This document shows, in pieces, positions 39,384-52,804 of a stretch of 64,000 bases of DNA. The stretch lies in the NCBI GenBank assembly GCA_964035545.1, contig OZ037773.1, positions 2,137,751 to 2,201,750 of the forward strand, in the 5' to 3' direction. The DNA comes from Bugula neritina (taxonomy: Eukaryota > Animalia > Bryozoa). The position numbers were made by a program, and so were the translations under genes. Numbering within the stretch: the first letter of the stretch is position 1; each line of letters starts with the position of its first letter. Under the pieces are notes generated by a model. The model saw nothing but the letters and a program-made list of their open reading frames with translations, made no database searches and was not told the DNA's origin.

Positions 39384-40819
39384 CAGTAATAATTAAGTTC
39401 AACAATTACAATAACTAATAGTAATACTATAAGTATAAGACTAAGTCAATAACTATCAGTATCACTATGAATCTGACACTGATATTCATACTCATAGAAT
39501 TACTATTAGTATTAGTATTACTATTAGTATTAGTCATGCTCATACTCACACTGATACTGTTAGTTAGATAGTAGTATTACTATTAGTTGTTGGTTAGTTA
39601 GTTGTTAGTTACTATTAACTATGACTATCACTATGTGAGTATGTTCTCATTATGATTATCAACGAAATTATCTTTATCATTATGTTTTTTGATATTTGAT
39701 TATCATTAGACACTATGATTATTTACACTATTGGTATTACTTGTAAAACTAAAAGTAAGCAAAGTAATCATTAAATTTAGTAGTGATAGTATTACTATTA
39801 CTATTAGTCTAATAGTAATAGTAATACTAATAGTAATACTAATGTCTAATAATCTTTTCGAGTGCGTCTTCCTTTTAGTTTGCACATACTCAGTGATAGT
39901 CTTAGTATTACAGTATTACCCACACTATTACTTATAGTTATACTATTAGTAAATATATTAGTGTTACTAATATTAATATTTATTATTACTATTAGTAATG
40001 CTCATAGTTATAGTTATACTGAGTTTAATAGTGATATTGATGCTGATATTCATAGTCGTAGTGATAGTCATACTTATAGACATAGTAATACTAATACTAA
40101 TATTCATTACAAATATAGTTTAAATTGGTCCCTGGTGGCATTAAATTTAATTTTAATTTTCAATTAGATAGCTAAGCAATGTGAATAATAATGTGAATAC
40201 CAATAGGCAATAGGCGTAGACTTAAAGGGACAGACAATGGTAAATGTAATATTTAATGTAATGTATTTCAGGTTCTCACTAAGCATATATTCAAGATGGC
40301 AAAACAGGTCTTCATTTGTACACATATTCATTATGCTACTACTTCCATATCACCAGTTTTTGTTAAATCGAGAAGCTAAGTTTTCAACTCTTTTATTTGG
40401 GTAGACATGGTAGTTGCTTCAAGCTGATATTCCTTTTACTACTTTTAAACGCCATTTTGCTGTTAACTTAGGTTTTTCTAAAAGCTGATTAACTCTTGAA
40501 TGAATATAAATTTTTAATCTCATTTTATATTCAAAATAGAAGTAATGACTATAACGTAGTAGCTTAACCAGTTTCTATTGATTCTATTCTTTGTTCATTC
40601 TAAGGACTGACTACAATGACACTCAGCTTAAAATCTCCCATTTTAAAAATGTTCTTTATAAGCAGTTTTCTTTAAATAATCCTTGAAGCATAAGGAATTA
40701 AATCAATACAGATATATATTACTTCAGCTTGTACAATGTATGTATAATACTGTATTTCATTATAATTAATAATATTATATTCTCTTCTAGACTCCCCAAG
40801 CTAGGATTTCTATTTCACT

Positions 40820-43800
40820 ATGGCGGAAGGTGAGCTACAAACTTTCAATATTTACAGACAGTTGAACCAATTTTATAGAACTGGTTTATAATAGTATACA
40901 TGAGATTACATTCACTGTTGATGGTAGGTGGAGATATGGATGATTGGAAACCTCCCTCTGAAGCAGAAATGAAAGTAATTAACGCTCGCCGTGAGAGACA
41001 GAACAAGATCAGTAAAATTATGGGAGAGTATCTATTGAAAGGATATAAAATGTTGAATTCTATTTGCAGTTTATGTGGGGTGAGTGTAACATTGTCTACT
41101 AGTATGTAGCTGCATGCAATATAGATATTGTCTCATATTACAAGTTTAAAAGTACTTCATGCATGGTGATTGGTAGTTAAGGTCCATTTGATTTTTGTTT
41201 CAATGAAATGTTCGTAAAGACGTCAACTAAATTTCTCATTCTGTTATCACTTAGATTTCTGACAAGTCATACAGGCTAGTGAATTAGTAGACAAGATAGA
41301 GTATGACCCTTTGGCTCAGCACTGTATTACTTTGTCTAACTCTTTCACTGTCATCTCTTATGCAGACGATACTGCTGCAAGACCGAGAAGGCGGGGAATA
41401 CTGCGTATCCTGTAGAGAGCTCACCTCAGACACTGATAAAGACGACCCTGGTTAGAATACACATGTTGTTTGCTGCCTTTTCCTGAATGACCTTCAAGTT
41501 ATTGAAAGCTTCTTGCTGTCATTTTATATTTCTAGTAATTTTCTGTATGATCAGTGGTAAAAGTTGTATTTTTGGTTTTTTATCTACTCGTAAGCATCAT
41601 ATATCAACATCCTTAACTGAAATTATCTATATGCAGCCCTGAGTTAGGGGTGACTGAGTGCAGTAGTTCAAGGTCTCCAGTTGGGAAGTTTCAAGTTCCA
41701 ACCTACAACCCGCAACTCTAAACTCAAGAACCCCAAACTCGGAGTTGCTTATAAAAAAATTTCCTTCGGTTCCTGTTTTGTAGTCGTGAATCCTGATGCA
41801 GCAGAGTCACAAGTACGGGAGGGGTTGTCTCAGGCCACCACTGAGCATTCAGTTGACGCAGATTCTGGGCTCCACTATGTAGATATGCCACCCGAAGTCT
41901 CTCACTCTCTACCTACTCAGGTGAGTGTCTGTTAACTGCCAGAGCTATAGCATTGCTGTCAGTTCTGATTGCCTTCTTTTGTTTGGCTGTTGATTTGTAT
42001 CAAGGACTGCTGTAAATAAGTATTTTATTCTCAATATCCATGATTGATGCTGTAGTGTGTGAACTTAGAAGTTGACAACTCCATCCTTTATACAGAATAG
42101 TTTTGCTTGTTCTGTAAATTGTAAGAGCTTAGTTTAAATTATGTTTTGGTTTGAAGCCAGCATAGAGAGTAACTTACTGTACCAAGAGAATATATTATTA
42201 CTTTTTATTACTTTCATAACAAGGAGTTGAATTAGAAACACATTACGCTGAATTTCCTGGCCTCAGCAGAGTTTGTACAATCTGTTCTGAAGTTGGCGCT
42301 AAGCTGGGTCTGAATGAACAACTATTTTCATATCTTTCCGTTGTATAGAAAGCTGCAGCTTTCAACTGCTGCTTTCAGCAGTGAATAAATCAGCTATTAG
42401 ATTTCCAACTGATGCTGACACCCCTCTACTGTTGAGGCATCAGAAAGTCATTCTGTTTGGGTTTGTAGCAGCCGATGCCGAACATCACCGCGGCAGCTGG
42501 TCGACTGCTGGCCAAGCTCCAGCAGGGATCGAGTCATGACGCTGACATCGAAGTTGGCAGTTGTCTTCCTTCGACACTCGGCAAGTCTAACATAGTAAGT
42601 GAATACTTCATACACTGAATATAAAATAGGTCACATTATCCTTTATTTAGGTCACATTTTCTTATATATATATATATATATATTATATATGTCACATTTT
42701 CTTCTATATAGGTCGCATTGTCTGACATATAGATCACATTTTATGCTATATAGTTCACATGGTCTGATATATAGGTCACACTGCTTGATATATAGAACCC
42801 ATTGCTGAATATATAGGTAAATTTTTTGATAGATGAGACACATTTACCGGCTTTCCATGTACCGATCTCAGATCGATCTTAGCGAGATCGATCCATGGAA
42901 AGACGCTAAAGATCGATCTCCGTCGATCTGAGCTGGTCGGTCTGTAGAGCTCGAACTCAGATCGATCTCATGTCAATAAGACCATGGAAAGACGCCAGAT
43001 CGATCTGAGAAGTAGAAAAAGACTGCGCGCTACAATGTTGTCTGCTAATAAAAATGATAACTTATTGATAACTACTAAGCAAAGTATTGAACAATCATGA
43101 TAACTACTTTTTCAGATGCCAAAACTTTGACTTTCAGTACAGTGATTAAGAAAACTCAATTATATGCAGTAGAAGGTAAAAAAATGGGAAAATTTAAAGT
43201 GAATTCAAATGACTATCAAAACTTAGTTTCATTAGCTATTTTCTTTGTAATTTTAAGCCTAACAGTCCTGTAAGTTTGTTAATAATCTGCAAGACAGCCA
43301 TTAATTTTATATAAGCTGTTGAGCTAAAAAATTAAAATTAATTATTTTAAATTGGCTAAATTACCATACACTGAAAGCTTTGCTGCGTATAGTTTATAGC
43401 TGGGATTAAATTTTAGACCACTACTATCTTGTTTTCAACAGTAGTAGCTTTAATCACTCAAATAGGTGAACAAATTATACTTTTAAAGTATCCTTCACTT
43501 AAGAGGAGGCAACTTCGCGAGATCGATCTGACACTATCATGGAAAAATGATCGATCTGAGCACATTTCTCAGATCAGTACATGGAAAGCCCGTGATTGTG
43601 TGTGTAGGTCAGATTTTCATATATAAAGGTCACGTCAATTTCTTATGTATAGGTCACTTTGTCTGATATAGGTCACATCGTCTGTTATATAGGTCACGTT
43701 TTATTGTATGCAGGTCACCTTTTCTTGTATATAAGTCACATTTTCTTGTATATAGGTCACAGAGACGATTTCCGCCCTCCAGTCTAGGTTGCACTGGGCA

Positions 43801-43914
43801 AACTCACAGCTACTCAACACTACACAGAGTGATCAGATTATCACATTATGTTCTGTCATAGAAAAGTGTGTTAGTGCCATCAAAGCAGTCCAGAGTTTAG
43901 ATAATGTTTTATAG
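40820..43914 (+). CDS. ZNRD2: ZNRD2/SSSCA1 zinc-ribbon protein, 6 exons
   Basis: WKPPSEAEMKVINARRERQNKISKIMGEYLLKGYKMLNSICSLCG|TILLQDREGGEYCVSCRELTSDTDKDDP and C-terminal LQSRLHWANSQL...ITLCSVIEKC. Confidence 0.93.
42625..43760 (+). repeat. ~21-bp minisatellite (TATAGGTCAC core) in the last ZNRD2 intron, split by a MITE
   Basis: Roughly 17 degenerate units at 42625-42830 and 43603-43760; the last unit is the real acceptor TATAG|GTCACA. Confidence 0.88.
42847..43592. mobile_element. MITE, possibly PIF/Harbinger-type
   Basis: TIR C(C/G)GGCTTTCCATGTAC(C/T)GATCT(C/G)AGA; flanking trinucleotides TTA and TGA; subterminal palindromic AGATCGATCT and CATGGAAA repeats. Confidence 0.8.
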
Positions 43915-44044
43915 ATTAGGGAGACAACTCTACAGGAAGCTGACAGTTTTTGCCCACGAGAGGGCTAATGTATCTATAAATCTCATTTAGTGTAAATATT
44001 ATGTTATGTGACTCTTTTATTACTATGTGCAATAAAATATCATG

Positions 44045-44240
44045 AATCATTGCATATTCTACAGTGAATTGTAGTATATTCTACAGTGTATTGTGGTGTA
44101 TTCTATAGTGAATCATTGCATATTCTACAGTGTATTGTAGTGTATTCTATAGTGAATTGTGGTATATTCTACAGTGTATTGTAGTATATTCTAAACTAAA
44201 TTGGGGTATATTTTATGTTTGGTTGTAGTATATTCTACAA
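44045..44240. repeat. ~22-bp minisatellite
   Basis: Units TATTCTACAGTG(A/T)ATTGT(A/G)GT(A/G). Confidence 0.88.
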
Positions 44241-44516
44241 TGAAAGCAGGCTGTTGAAGGGAATTAAAACAATATGTGAAATTACTTCAATTACTTCTGG
44301 GCACTTCTGAACTTTTAATGGAGTTCTAAAAGTATTTCTCTGAGTTACCTCTCAAAAAAGAGCTAGATTCTTAACTTGACATGTGACCCATTGCAACGCT
44401 TTGTTGAAAAGTTTTTAGAGGAATTACAGGAGGATTTCATTGAGTTGGTTCACTATTCAGCAATGAAGAATGATTTGAAATCTTCTCCAATTGATGTATT
44501 GTGGGTGGTGTCCAGT

Positions 44517-44784
44517 AAAAATGATACAGGTAATAATGGCACAAATGGGAAAGTAGGTAAAAATGGCACATGCTTTTTTAATATTAGGGTGGGGGTTTGA
44601 AGTTTGAAGTTTGAAAGAGAAGTTTCAGGTGAGGATTTCGGGTTTGTACTTAGGGTTCTGGGGTTTGGGTTCAAGGGTTGGAGACTTAGGGTAGAGAATT
44701 TGGGGTTTGAGTTTGGAAAAATTCAACATCAGTGTGCCATTTTACCTACTTTTCTATTTGTGCCATTATTACCTGTGCCATTTT
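44517..44784. mobile_element. ~270-bp MITE; related one-ended fragment at ~61548-61645
   Basis: ~52-bp imperfect TIR AAAATG(GC/AT)ACAGGTAATAATGGCACAAAT...AAAGTAGGTAAAATGGCACA around a GGGTTT-rich core. Confidence 0.82.
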
Positions 44785-46235
44785 AATTTAAAATTATTCT
44801 GAGTTTCAACAAGCAAAATTTTCCCACACATAGCTAACAAAGCAGAGTTCTGGTGCCATCCAACACCACCTCTCTGTATGAGGTAAGATTCTCATCAATT
44901 CAAAGAGAAGAGAAACTGCCTCAACCTGCAGAGTTACTTAAGATGGGCCGGGTCAAACACAAAGCCAGGCTTAAGCAAGCTGGCACAAAAGTATCAACTA
45001 AAGCCATAACATCAATAATTGACCTGCTCTGTGTTTTATAACATTAAAATAACAATAATATTATTATTATGATAATTATATTATATGCAAATGTAAGAAA
45101 ACAAAATATATTGCATTGTATCATATATTCTGATTCCCTAAGTCATGAAATCTTTTCGCTCTTCAAAGGGGGGGAATTAATAGTCAATCTTAATGAAAAG
45201 GGGAATAGTATGAAAAAGGTTAGAAACCACTGTTCTATACTCTTTACTTTGTGCTGTAAATGTAACTTTACATTAGCTAGTTGATGTTTACTTTTGCTCA
45301 GTTCTGTTTGCTATGTAGAAGAGTCAAGATGCAAATACCGGTGGATAATAATGAAGCTACTATATATATGTAGCCATAGGAATAATGTGACTTGAATATG
45401 AATCAGAACAATCTGATACTACACTCAACTGTGTGCTAAAAGCATAATAGGGCATAGGCTATAAAACAAAACCTCTCCATACGCTACAATGTCTAGTGTA
45501 TGTTATATAGGTAAGTTATGATAACTATACCAATATTTCAATATACACTGATAAACTTATTGTATATGTTATGTTACAAAGATGTGACATGGTACATTTT
45601 TTATTGTCGACAGTTTTGTATTTTCAAAGCTATAAAATGAGAATGTTCCATTATTGCTGCTGTGATGCATGGTTTTTTCTGAGTTATAATATGCTGACTA
45701 ACAGTATTCAAACATTTGGTTGATTAAAAAGGACTCACCAATATCAGGTTTTTTGAATTCTTCAACATGAATTAGAAGTTGTGTCACCTTAACTGACAGG
45801 TGGACATTGTTATAGGAGGAAGAGTGTTCAACGAATTTATACCTGCTATAGTACTAAAGCTTTCTATTGTAAAATGTATCATAACATTATGTGTTGTGGC
45901 TTGTATAGCTCATGTTTGTTTAATACTGATATTGTTATTACAGAGTGGAACATACAAACTATAAAGATAATTAAAATGTAATTCAATCTAGAGCCTCATT
46001 GTGAGAATGTTTCATTTTTGTATATACAATTTATTGAAACATTATAAGTAAGGATTAGGCTGCAGCTTCTTGGGTTACAAATTGTTACAATCTTGTCTGC
46101 TTAGAAGTTTTTTCTACTCTATTTCATTAAATAACCAGCTTGTTTTTTTTTTCAATTTTTAACTCATTGATTTCTTAATTAGAAGAAGTTAACTATTTCT
46201 TGAATTCTAATTGAAATATAAAAAATGTATGGATT

Positions 46236-46374
46236 ATGTATGTATGTATGCATGTAATTATGTATGTGTGTATGTATGTGTGTATGTATGTATGTATGTA
46301 TGTATGTATGTATGTATGTATGTATGTATGCATGTAATTATGTATGTGTGTATGTATGTGTGTATGTATGTATG
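46236..46374. repeat. (TATG)n microsatellite
   Basis: Direct reading. Confidence 0.95.
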
Positions 46375-46438
46375 TTCCAAGTAGGCAATTGATATATCCA
46401 CATGTATATACTGTCTGAACAGCAAAACATTGTTGTAT

Positions 46439-46580
46439 TACACCTATATAAAGGTGCTGAAGGAAATGCACCCAGACAAGGTATATCCAGGAAAGCCATG
46501 AGCATAATGAACAGGTTTATAACTGACTCGTTGCTCACAACTTCAAAAGATGCAGTCTCACTATGGCAGCAAGATGCACA
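46439..46580 (+). pseudogene. Histone H2B pseudogene fragment
   Basis: YTYIKVLKEMHPDK, then a frameshift to GISRKAMSIMNRFITD, matching the H2B core [29 protein letters not shown]. Confidence 0.8.
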
Positions 46581-48033
46581 GTAGTGAATTTAATAAATTA
46601 GAAATTAGGTTCATGCATTTTGTACCTGATAGCCCTACAATCTGTTTTTGAGGTGTTGCTCTAGCATAATTAATTTGTGTGTTTATGTTCAGAGAAATTA
46701 GTGCGCACAAAAGTTTTTAATTGGTAAAATGAAAAAAATTACATTAAATTTTTTTTCAACTTTAATAATTATAATCCTGAAAATTTCCTGTTTTTTCTGT
46801 TAAGTTATATAACAATAAAAGATGCAATATTATCAGGGGAGATTACTACAAGGTAAATTACAGAAAACGCACAAGCTAGATATAAATGGACGAAATTCTT
46901 ACAATTTAAATGCTAGCTGTTATATGAGAAAAGCTTTTTGTGCAATTTGTATGCATATTTGATAATAACAGGAATAGAAAAATAACTGCAAGTGTCCATT
47001 TTTATTAATGTTATCTAAAAACCGTACAACTATAAAATGTCATAAATATTTACAAATTCAATTATATGTTCTTTCTAGTAAAATGGCTTCCAATATGATT
47101 ACCCAACTAACGATTTATACCAACAGTATGCAGAGAGTAGACAACTCTAGATAAAAACTATTTGTAAAGAATGTATAGGATGTGATGTGGGCAAGGAGTG
47201 TGTGGTTGTAGATACTATGATCTGTTAGACTAGATTGTTTAGAGACAGGGGAATGCATGTGTTACAATTAAGCATGTCCTATGTTTGTGTAATAATTGTT
47301 TAGGACTTTTTATTTGCAGTGAATTGTTTTTTACATTTGCTATATGCATATAACAGCTTGTATAGCAGATGCAGTATATAAATAATTATGTGCCAGTTTA
47401 TTAGGTTTTATAAATTTTTGTATTTGATAAGATTTTTTGAACTGAAAAACTCACAAGGTAGACATTTTAGTTATTTCAAATTGTTTTATAGTAACTCATA
47501 TAATCATACTCTGTAATTATTCATTCCTTTATAAACTATAGTATGTCTACTAAATAATGACCAATACTAATTAAGTGAATGAATGATTAGAAGAATAAAG
47601 CAGCAAAATGATTTTAAGTTTCCTTTAGAAGAAATTTCAAACAACTAGAGCAGATTATATGAAGTTCAATAAAGTAAGCAATAAGGCATGTATATTTGTA
47701 TGCTCTGGTCTCTGAGCACTTAAGAGACAAAGAGGTTTCCAATAAAAAAGAATCCAGAGAATAGGTTATGAGCATCTGTTGACTGAGTAATCCATCTACA
47801 CATCAGATAGTATATGCTGTAGTGTTGAATGGTTCATGTAGAAGATCTAGATAATAAACAGAAACATAGAGTAAGGTGGACAAATTGAGTATATGAAATG
47901 AGAAGACAAGCAAGAATGAACAGAACAAGTGACTAATATGAAAGGTAGGGGAATCTAAATATATATTATGAATAAATTAACAGCTCCTCTGAAGATTTTG
48001 AGAAAATATATTTATAATTATTGAGCTCTAACC

Positions 48034-51016
48034 TCATTCACTGTCTTGAACACAGCAACAAAAAAACTTCAAGATTCTATTTCTTCGATTCTGCTGTGTA
48101 GCTGGTTCTTGAACTGCTCTAAGCCCTACAAAATATCATAGTGTTTTTCTTGACATACTGATTGATGTATTATAGCAATATTTATATTCATTTTATTAGT
48201 TATATTATATTGGCTGTTTCACAATCCTATCTAGTAAACAACAGTTATTTTCTTTAAAGTTTTGACAGCTAGATTCTCACTAATCTTTTTATAATTCATT
48301 ATAACCTGTTTATTAGAAAATAGCTTCTTAATGTCTTAGAAGATTTTTCTATTTGTTAATGACATTCTAAAACAATAGACGTGTGGCTTCTAAAAATTGT
48401 TTTGGTTTCATCTGTGGTTTTCTCTTCAACATACATAATAATAGCCACTAATAACAACCCTTTGGCTGACTTAAGAATACTTACCATTCTGAACTTCACT
48501 AGAGGTTTTGGCAAAAGCTGGGAGTCGTGTCTCCTTCACTGATTGGCTGAAAATATTGAGATGAGCGTTGATCGAGTCTCCACCAGCTTCTAAATATATC
48601 AAATGTGCTGCAGCTTAACACTGTTGGTTTAAGACTCATATAATATTTGTTACTACTTGGCTGATTGTAATGGGAAATATTTATTTTTCCATTATAGATT
48701 TGCAATATTAGTTAGTATTGCCAATTTTGTGGATAAAAATAGTTGATATGGCTTAATAAAAATGTACACATCCTAATCTAAATTTTTGATTGATTTATTG
48801 TAAACTACTTATATATCATATCTAAACAATTGAAAGCTTTTTCAATCACATTTATCTCAAATGATAACTAGCTAGCTTGAGTGATTTAAATGTTGCTTCT
48901 TTGTAGATATTTCCTAGCTTTAATATTTACCAGACAAGTTGGAAGGTGTTGGGGGTTTTCTGTCATCGATTTCTTGAGTTGGTTTAAGATCCTGTTTCAC
49001 AGGTTTATTTTCTCCATTAACCTCTTTTTCCTTGTTTTCACCAGACTGTGGTACACACTGGTTTCGTATTCCATCTATTGAATTAATGTTTTTTCCATTT
49101 ATACTTTTTATATAAAAAAGCATAATTACACAAGATTTGGTTAAATATATTGATTAATGTGACTGGTAATAAGTTAGTAGTGTGCTTAGAACTTGTTCTT
49201 TCACGGAGGCTATGTTTTCATTTGGCTGCTGAATTATTCAAGCAATAAAGTACAGATTATTGAAGAATTAACAATTTGATATTTGAGTAAGTGACACAGT
49301 GTATTGAAAAGTAAAAAGTTTTGCAAGATATTTACTGTAACAGCTGAATTTTGTTGCCTTTTCTACAAATATATTAACAAACAGTTTGTGTTTAAAAATG
49401 TAGTTAGATATAAAACATTACTTCAACAGGTTTGGTTTTATTGTAAAAATAAATATTGAAATATTATCCTACCAGGTAAAATTTGAGGTTTAATGGAAGC
49501 TCTTTGATTGGCCTCTTGTGCTTTTAGGGGTACTTCACTGATTTGTTCAACAGCCTTTTTGATAATATCATCAGCTTCTGTCTTCTTGACTCCCAACTCC
49601 TTAATATCCCATTTGAGAGAGGCTATATCCTTCTTCAACTCATCTATTGAAGTAACAGCAAGTTAATTAGAAAATTTTTTGTTGCAATAAAAGCAAAAGC
49701 GTTAATCTTACTGTACAAAATGTATATACTGTTCTAACAAAAGAAATGGATGTTGTACCTTCACAATCCGTGATTTCTCTATTCATATATTCTTTGGAGA
49801 AAAGTGGCAATAATTTCCATTCCATTCCATCCACAGAAGTGAATGTCTTTTGCATTTGCACTTGTCTGGGTGCAGTATTTTTAGGTGCTGATGTGCTCAT
49901 TCTATTTCGAGGAGATTGTCTTCTCTCCTTGTCCAAACCTTTTATTTGGCTTCCAGATAGTTTGGTGGTAGGTTTGAGAGATTTGTACAGTTCATTATCA
50001 GTGTTTGCTGTAACATTGCAATGCAAATGCTTTTATTTGGAGACAAGTTTGTGTTAAAGATAGTATAAACGGCATCATAGATTTACAGTTTAGACTATCT
50101 AATAAACTAAAAATAAACTGAAACAGAATGAGTGAGTAATTATTTGAACTTACGCAAAATAATTTCTGGCCGAAGGTAAAGTTTATGAGTTTTTGGCCGC
50201 GTTCCACTTCCTTCGAACTTTTTCAGGAAATCCTCCAACTGTATTGGCTCTGTAGCTGGAGAATTGGGGAGAGAAGCTGCTCTTCTTGGTTGACTTCTGT
50301 TAGTTTCTTGTATCAGCTGATCTCTGGCCAATAGGAGAGGAGATGCTGTTTCATTGGAAGTAGACTCTCCGTGCCAGCAGGCGCCGGCACACCCGCAGTC
50401 ATTCCATGAGTGTAAAGAGGCATAAGTTGAAAGAACCTCTGCCTTTTTTAAGCCTTTCTCCTGTTTGTCTTTGCTGCTACCAAACATTCAATAAGCACAC
50501 ATTATAGTATTTAAGAGCAATTGATGTTTCATTAGCCTGTACCACAATATTATAACACTCAATATGTAGATCAATGTCTTAAACATTCAATCTAATACTT
50601 GAACTACCAACTTCTCAACATCAATTAATTCACAGGAAATATGTCAGTATGAAACTTCTTACCTCTTAATCCTGCCTTGATAACTCACAGTTCTATTTTT
50701 TAATCGAAACAACTCTTTGAAAATGACTCTAAGTATAACACAATCATAAAACATCACCTCCCACGTGCTGTAACAAATAATTATCATACTTTGAGTAAAC
50801 CTTTTCCTAATTTAAAGGCAGCAAAACCTCAACAAGTCAACGTAAAAAGACAATATCCATAAAAGTATCAAAAGATGAAGATGACAAAGAATTACAATAA
50901 ATATTAATATCAATATAGTATATTTATTGAAGAAATATTACTTACCGATATAACTTGGCTGCCATGACAGTGGATGCCAGCAGGAGAATTAGAGAAATTA
51001 GTATAAGCGAGAACAT
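48034..51016 (-). CDS. Uncharacterised ~8-exon gene with an N-terminal hydrophobic anchor, a largely hydrophilic body and C-terminal RRNRILKFFCCCVQDSE
   Basis: Exons near 51016-50946, 50728-50663, 50474-50154, 50009-49758, 49644-49473, 49074-48931, 48589-48486 and 48125-48034 join in frame through GT-AG introns (internal boundaries approximate). Confidence 0.68.
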
Positions 51017-51474
51017 ATTAAAATTTATACAGTAAACAGTTGCATGAAAGATATACATTTTGTAGCAGCAATGATTAAACTGTCAATCTGTAAACTCAGT
51101 AAGCGCGCAATTAAGGCATCATTGAGTCACTCGTTGTGTCATTCTTTATTATTGAACATTTTTTGAATATTTTGTTATACTTATTTAATAACATATTTAG
51201 ATAATTATTATAATAATTGTTTGCTTTGTTCTTATTTATTTGTATATTATAGTGGTCATTAATTGTGATAATTTGTAGGGATTTATAATTATGTGGACCG
51301 TTTAATGGTTTATTAAGTTGAATGCATTATAATAATATAAAACACAGTATTTATATAGATAGAATAAGTGGGAGGAGTTTATAACATAAACAATAATTAT
51401 CATATTATTTAGTACATCTCTCTTTCATTAATAAAATAAGATAATAATTTGTGACATCAGTCCAATGATTAAAT

Positions 51475-51806
51475 CAGGGGTGTTCAACTTTTTCAGGGTG
51501 AGGGCCACCAAAAGAGAATATTTTATGGTGAGGGTCACATTGAAAACTTTAGCTTGAGCTGGGGGTCACAGCATCAGTATTTTTTAATTTGCATTATTTT
51601 AAATTCTTAGAAATCATACACGATAAATTCTCAATAGTTACTGCAGGTTTTGTAGTTTTGTAGCATATGTATAAATATAAGACATTTAAAATGTAGTATT
51701 TCACTTTAACTCATGTATACCTGTGAAAAATAATTTTAGCTTTGTGTCACATGCGTGTAAGCTGGTAGTCACATCTGGCCCTGGGGTTGCCCGTTGGGTA
51801 GTCCTG
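51475..51806. mobile_element. hAT-like MITE; the right end of a second copy lies at ~59738-59806
   Basis: CAGGGGTGTTCAAC...GTTGGGTAGTCCTG termini; shared GTAAGCTGGT(A/G)G(T/C)CACATCTGGCCCT. Confidence 0.7.
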
Positions 51807-52804
51807 TGATGCATGGTGGATGGATGTGCTTATAATTATGTTTCTGGGCTGATTCTGAGTTATCATACCTTACTAATTCTGGGAAAACCACCACTACATA
51901 TCCTGGTCCCCCCTCTTACATGGTAAACTGGAAAGCAAATAGCGGCAGCCGTTAACTTTCAAAAAGAAGCCCAATCAGTTGAAATATAAACATTTGTACA
52001 AGCTGTGATTAAGGATGAAATGCTGATTAGCGTGTAAACATGTAAACTTGACTGGGTCAAGTCTGGCTTCACATCTATCCATGTACCACTAAGAAGATAA
52101 TCATATTTGTTTTATAAATAATTAAATTGAGGTTGACACACAGAGCTTACATTTATTAATTTACAAAAGATAAGACTTGAAAACAATATAGCCTACTATG
52201 CTATAGTAAGGTTTTATTAGAAAGTTTTATAACTCAAATCTTATTCCAATAACCACTGATAACGCCACCTGTGTAAAAAAACTCAAAGATGAACAAGTAA
52301 AGGGAAATATTTTCATAAACATAACATCACTGTAAATTTTATAAATTAATAGGAATATGAGTGAACATTAAAAATTGCACAATATAAAACGAGAAATAGA
52401 GCTAAATATTTTCTCAGAACTAAAATTACAATTAGGTAATGCATGTACTCTTATATTATGTTTATTGTTATAATTATTTTTAATATTATGATATGGTAAC
52501 TATTATGATGGCATTCAATAATGTAATCATATATAACATATACTTTTGAGACACAGTATTTTGGGATCAACATGCAAACAACGAGGTTCAAGCAATGAGT
52601 TCTAAACTAAGATAAGTCAAGTGAATGAAATCAACGCTACAAAATGTCTAGCTGCATATTATATGCTTAGTCAAGATCTATTTGATTATGCGCAGGTTGA
52701 TATAGAGAAGTGACAACGCCATGACTTGCAGCTCAGAAAGTTTTCCATCATTTATCTGAAAGTTATTTCTCTCCCTCTCTCATAATATAACATACGGGTA
52801 AGTG

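Noticed and set aside
42581-42586. GC donor in ZNRD2 (CG|GCAAGT)
   Set aside because: The downstream canonical ATA|GTAAGT donor keeps the frame.
42625-44240. CRISPR-like repeat arrays
   Set aside because: Degenerate head-to-tail minisatellites without unique spacers, in eukaryotic DNA with no cas genes.
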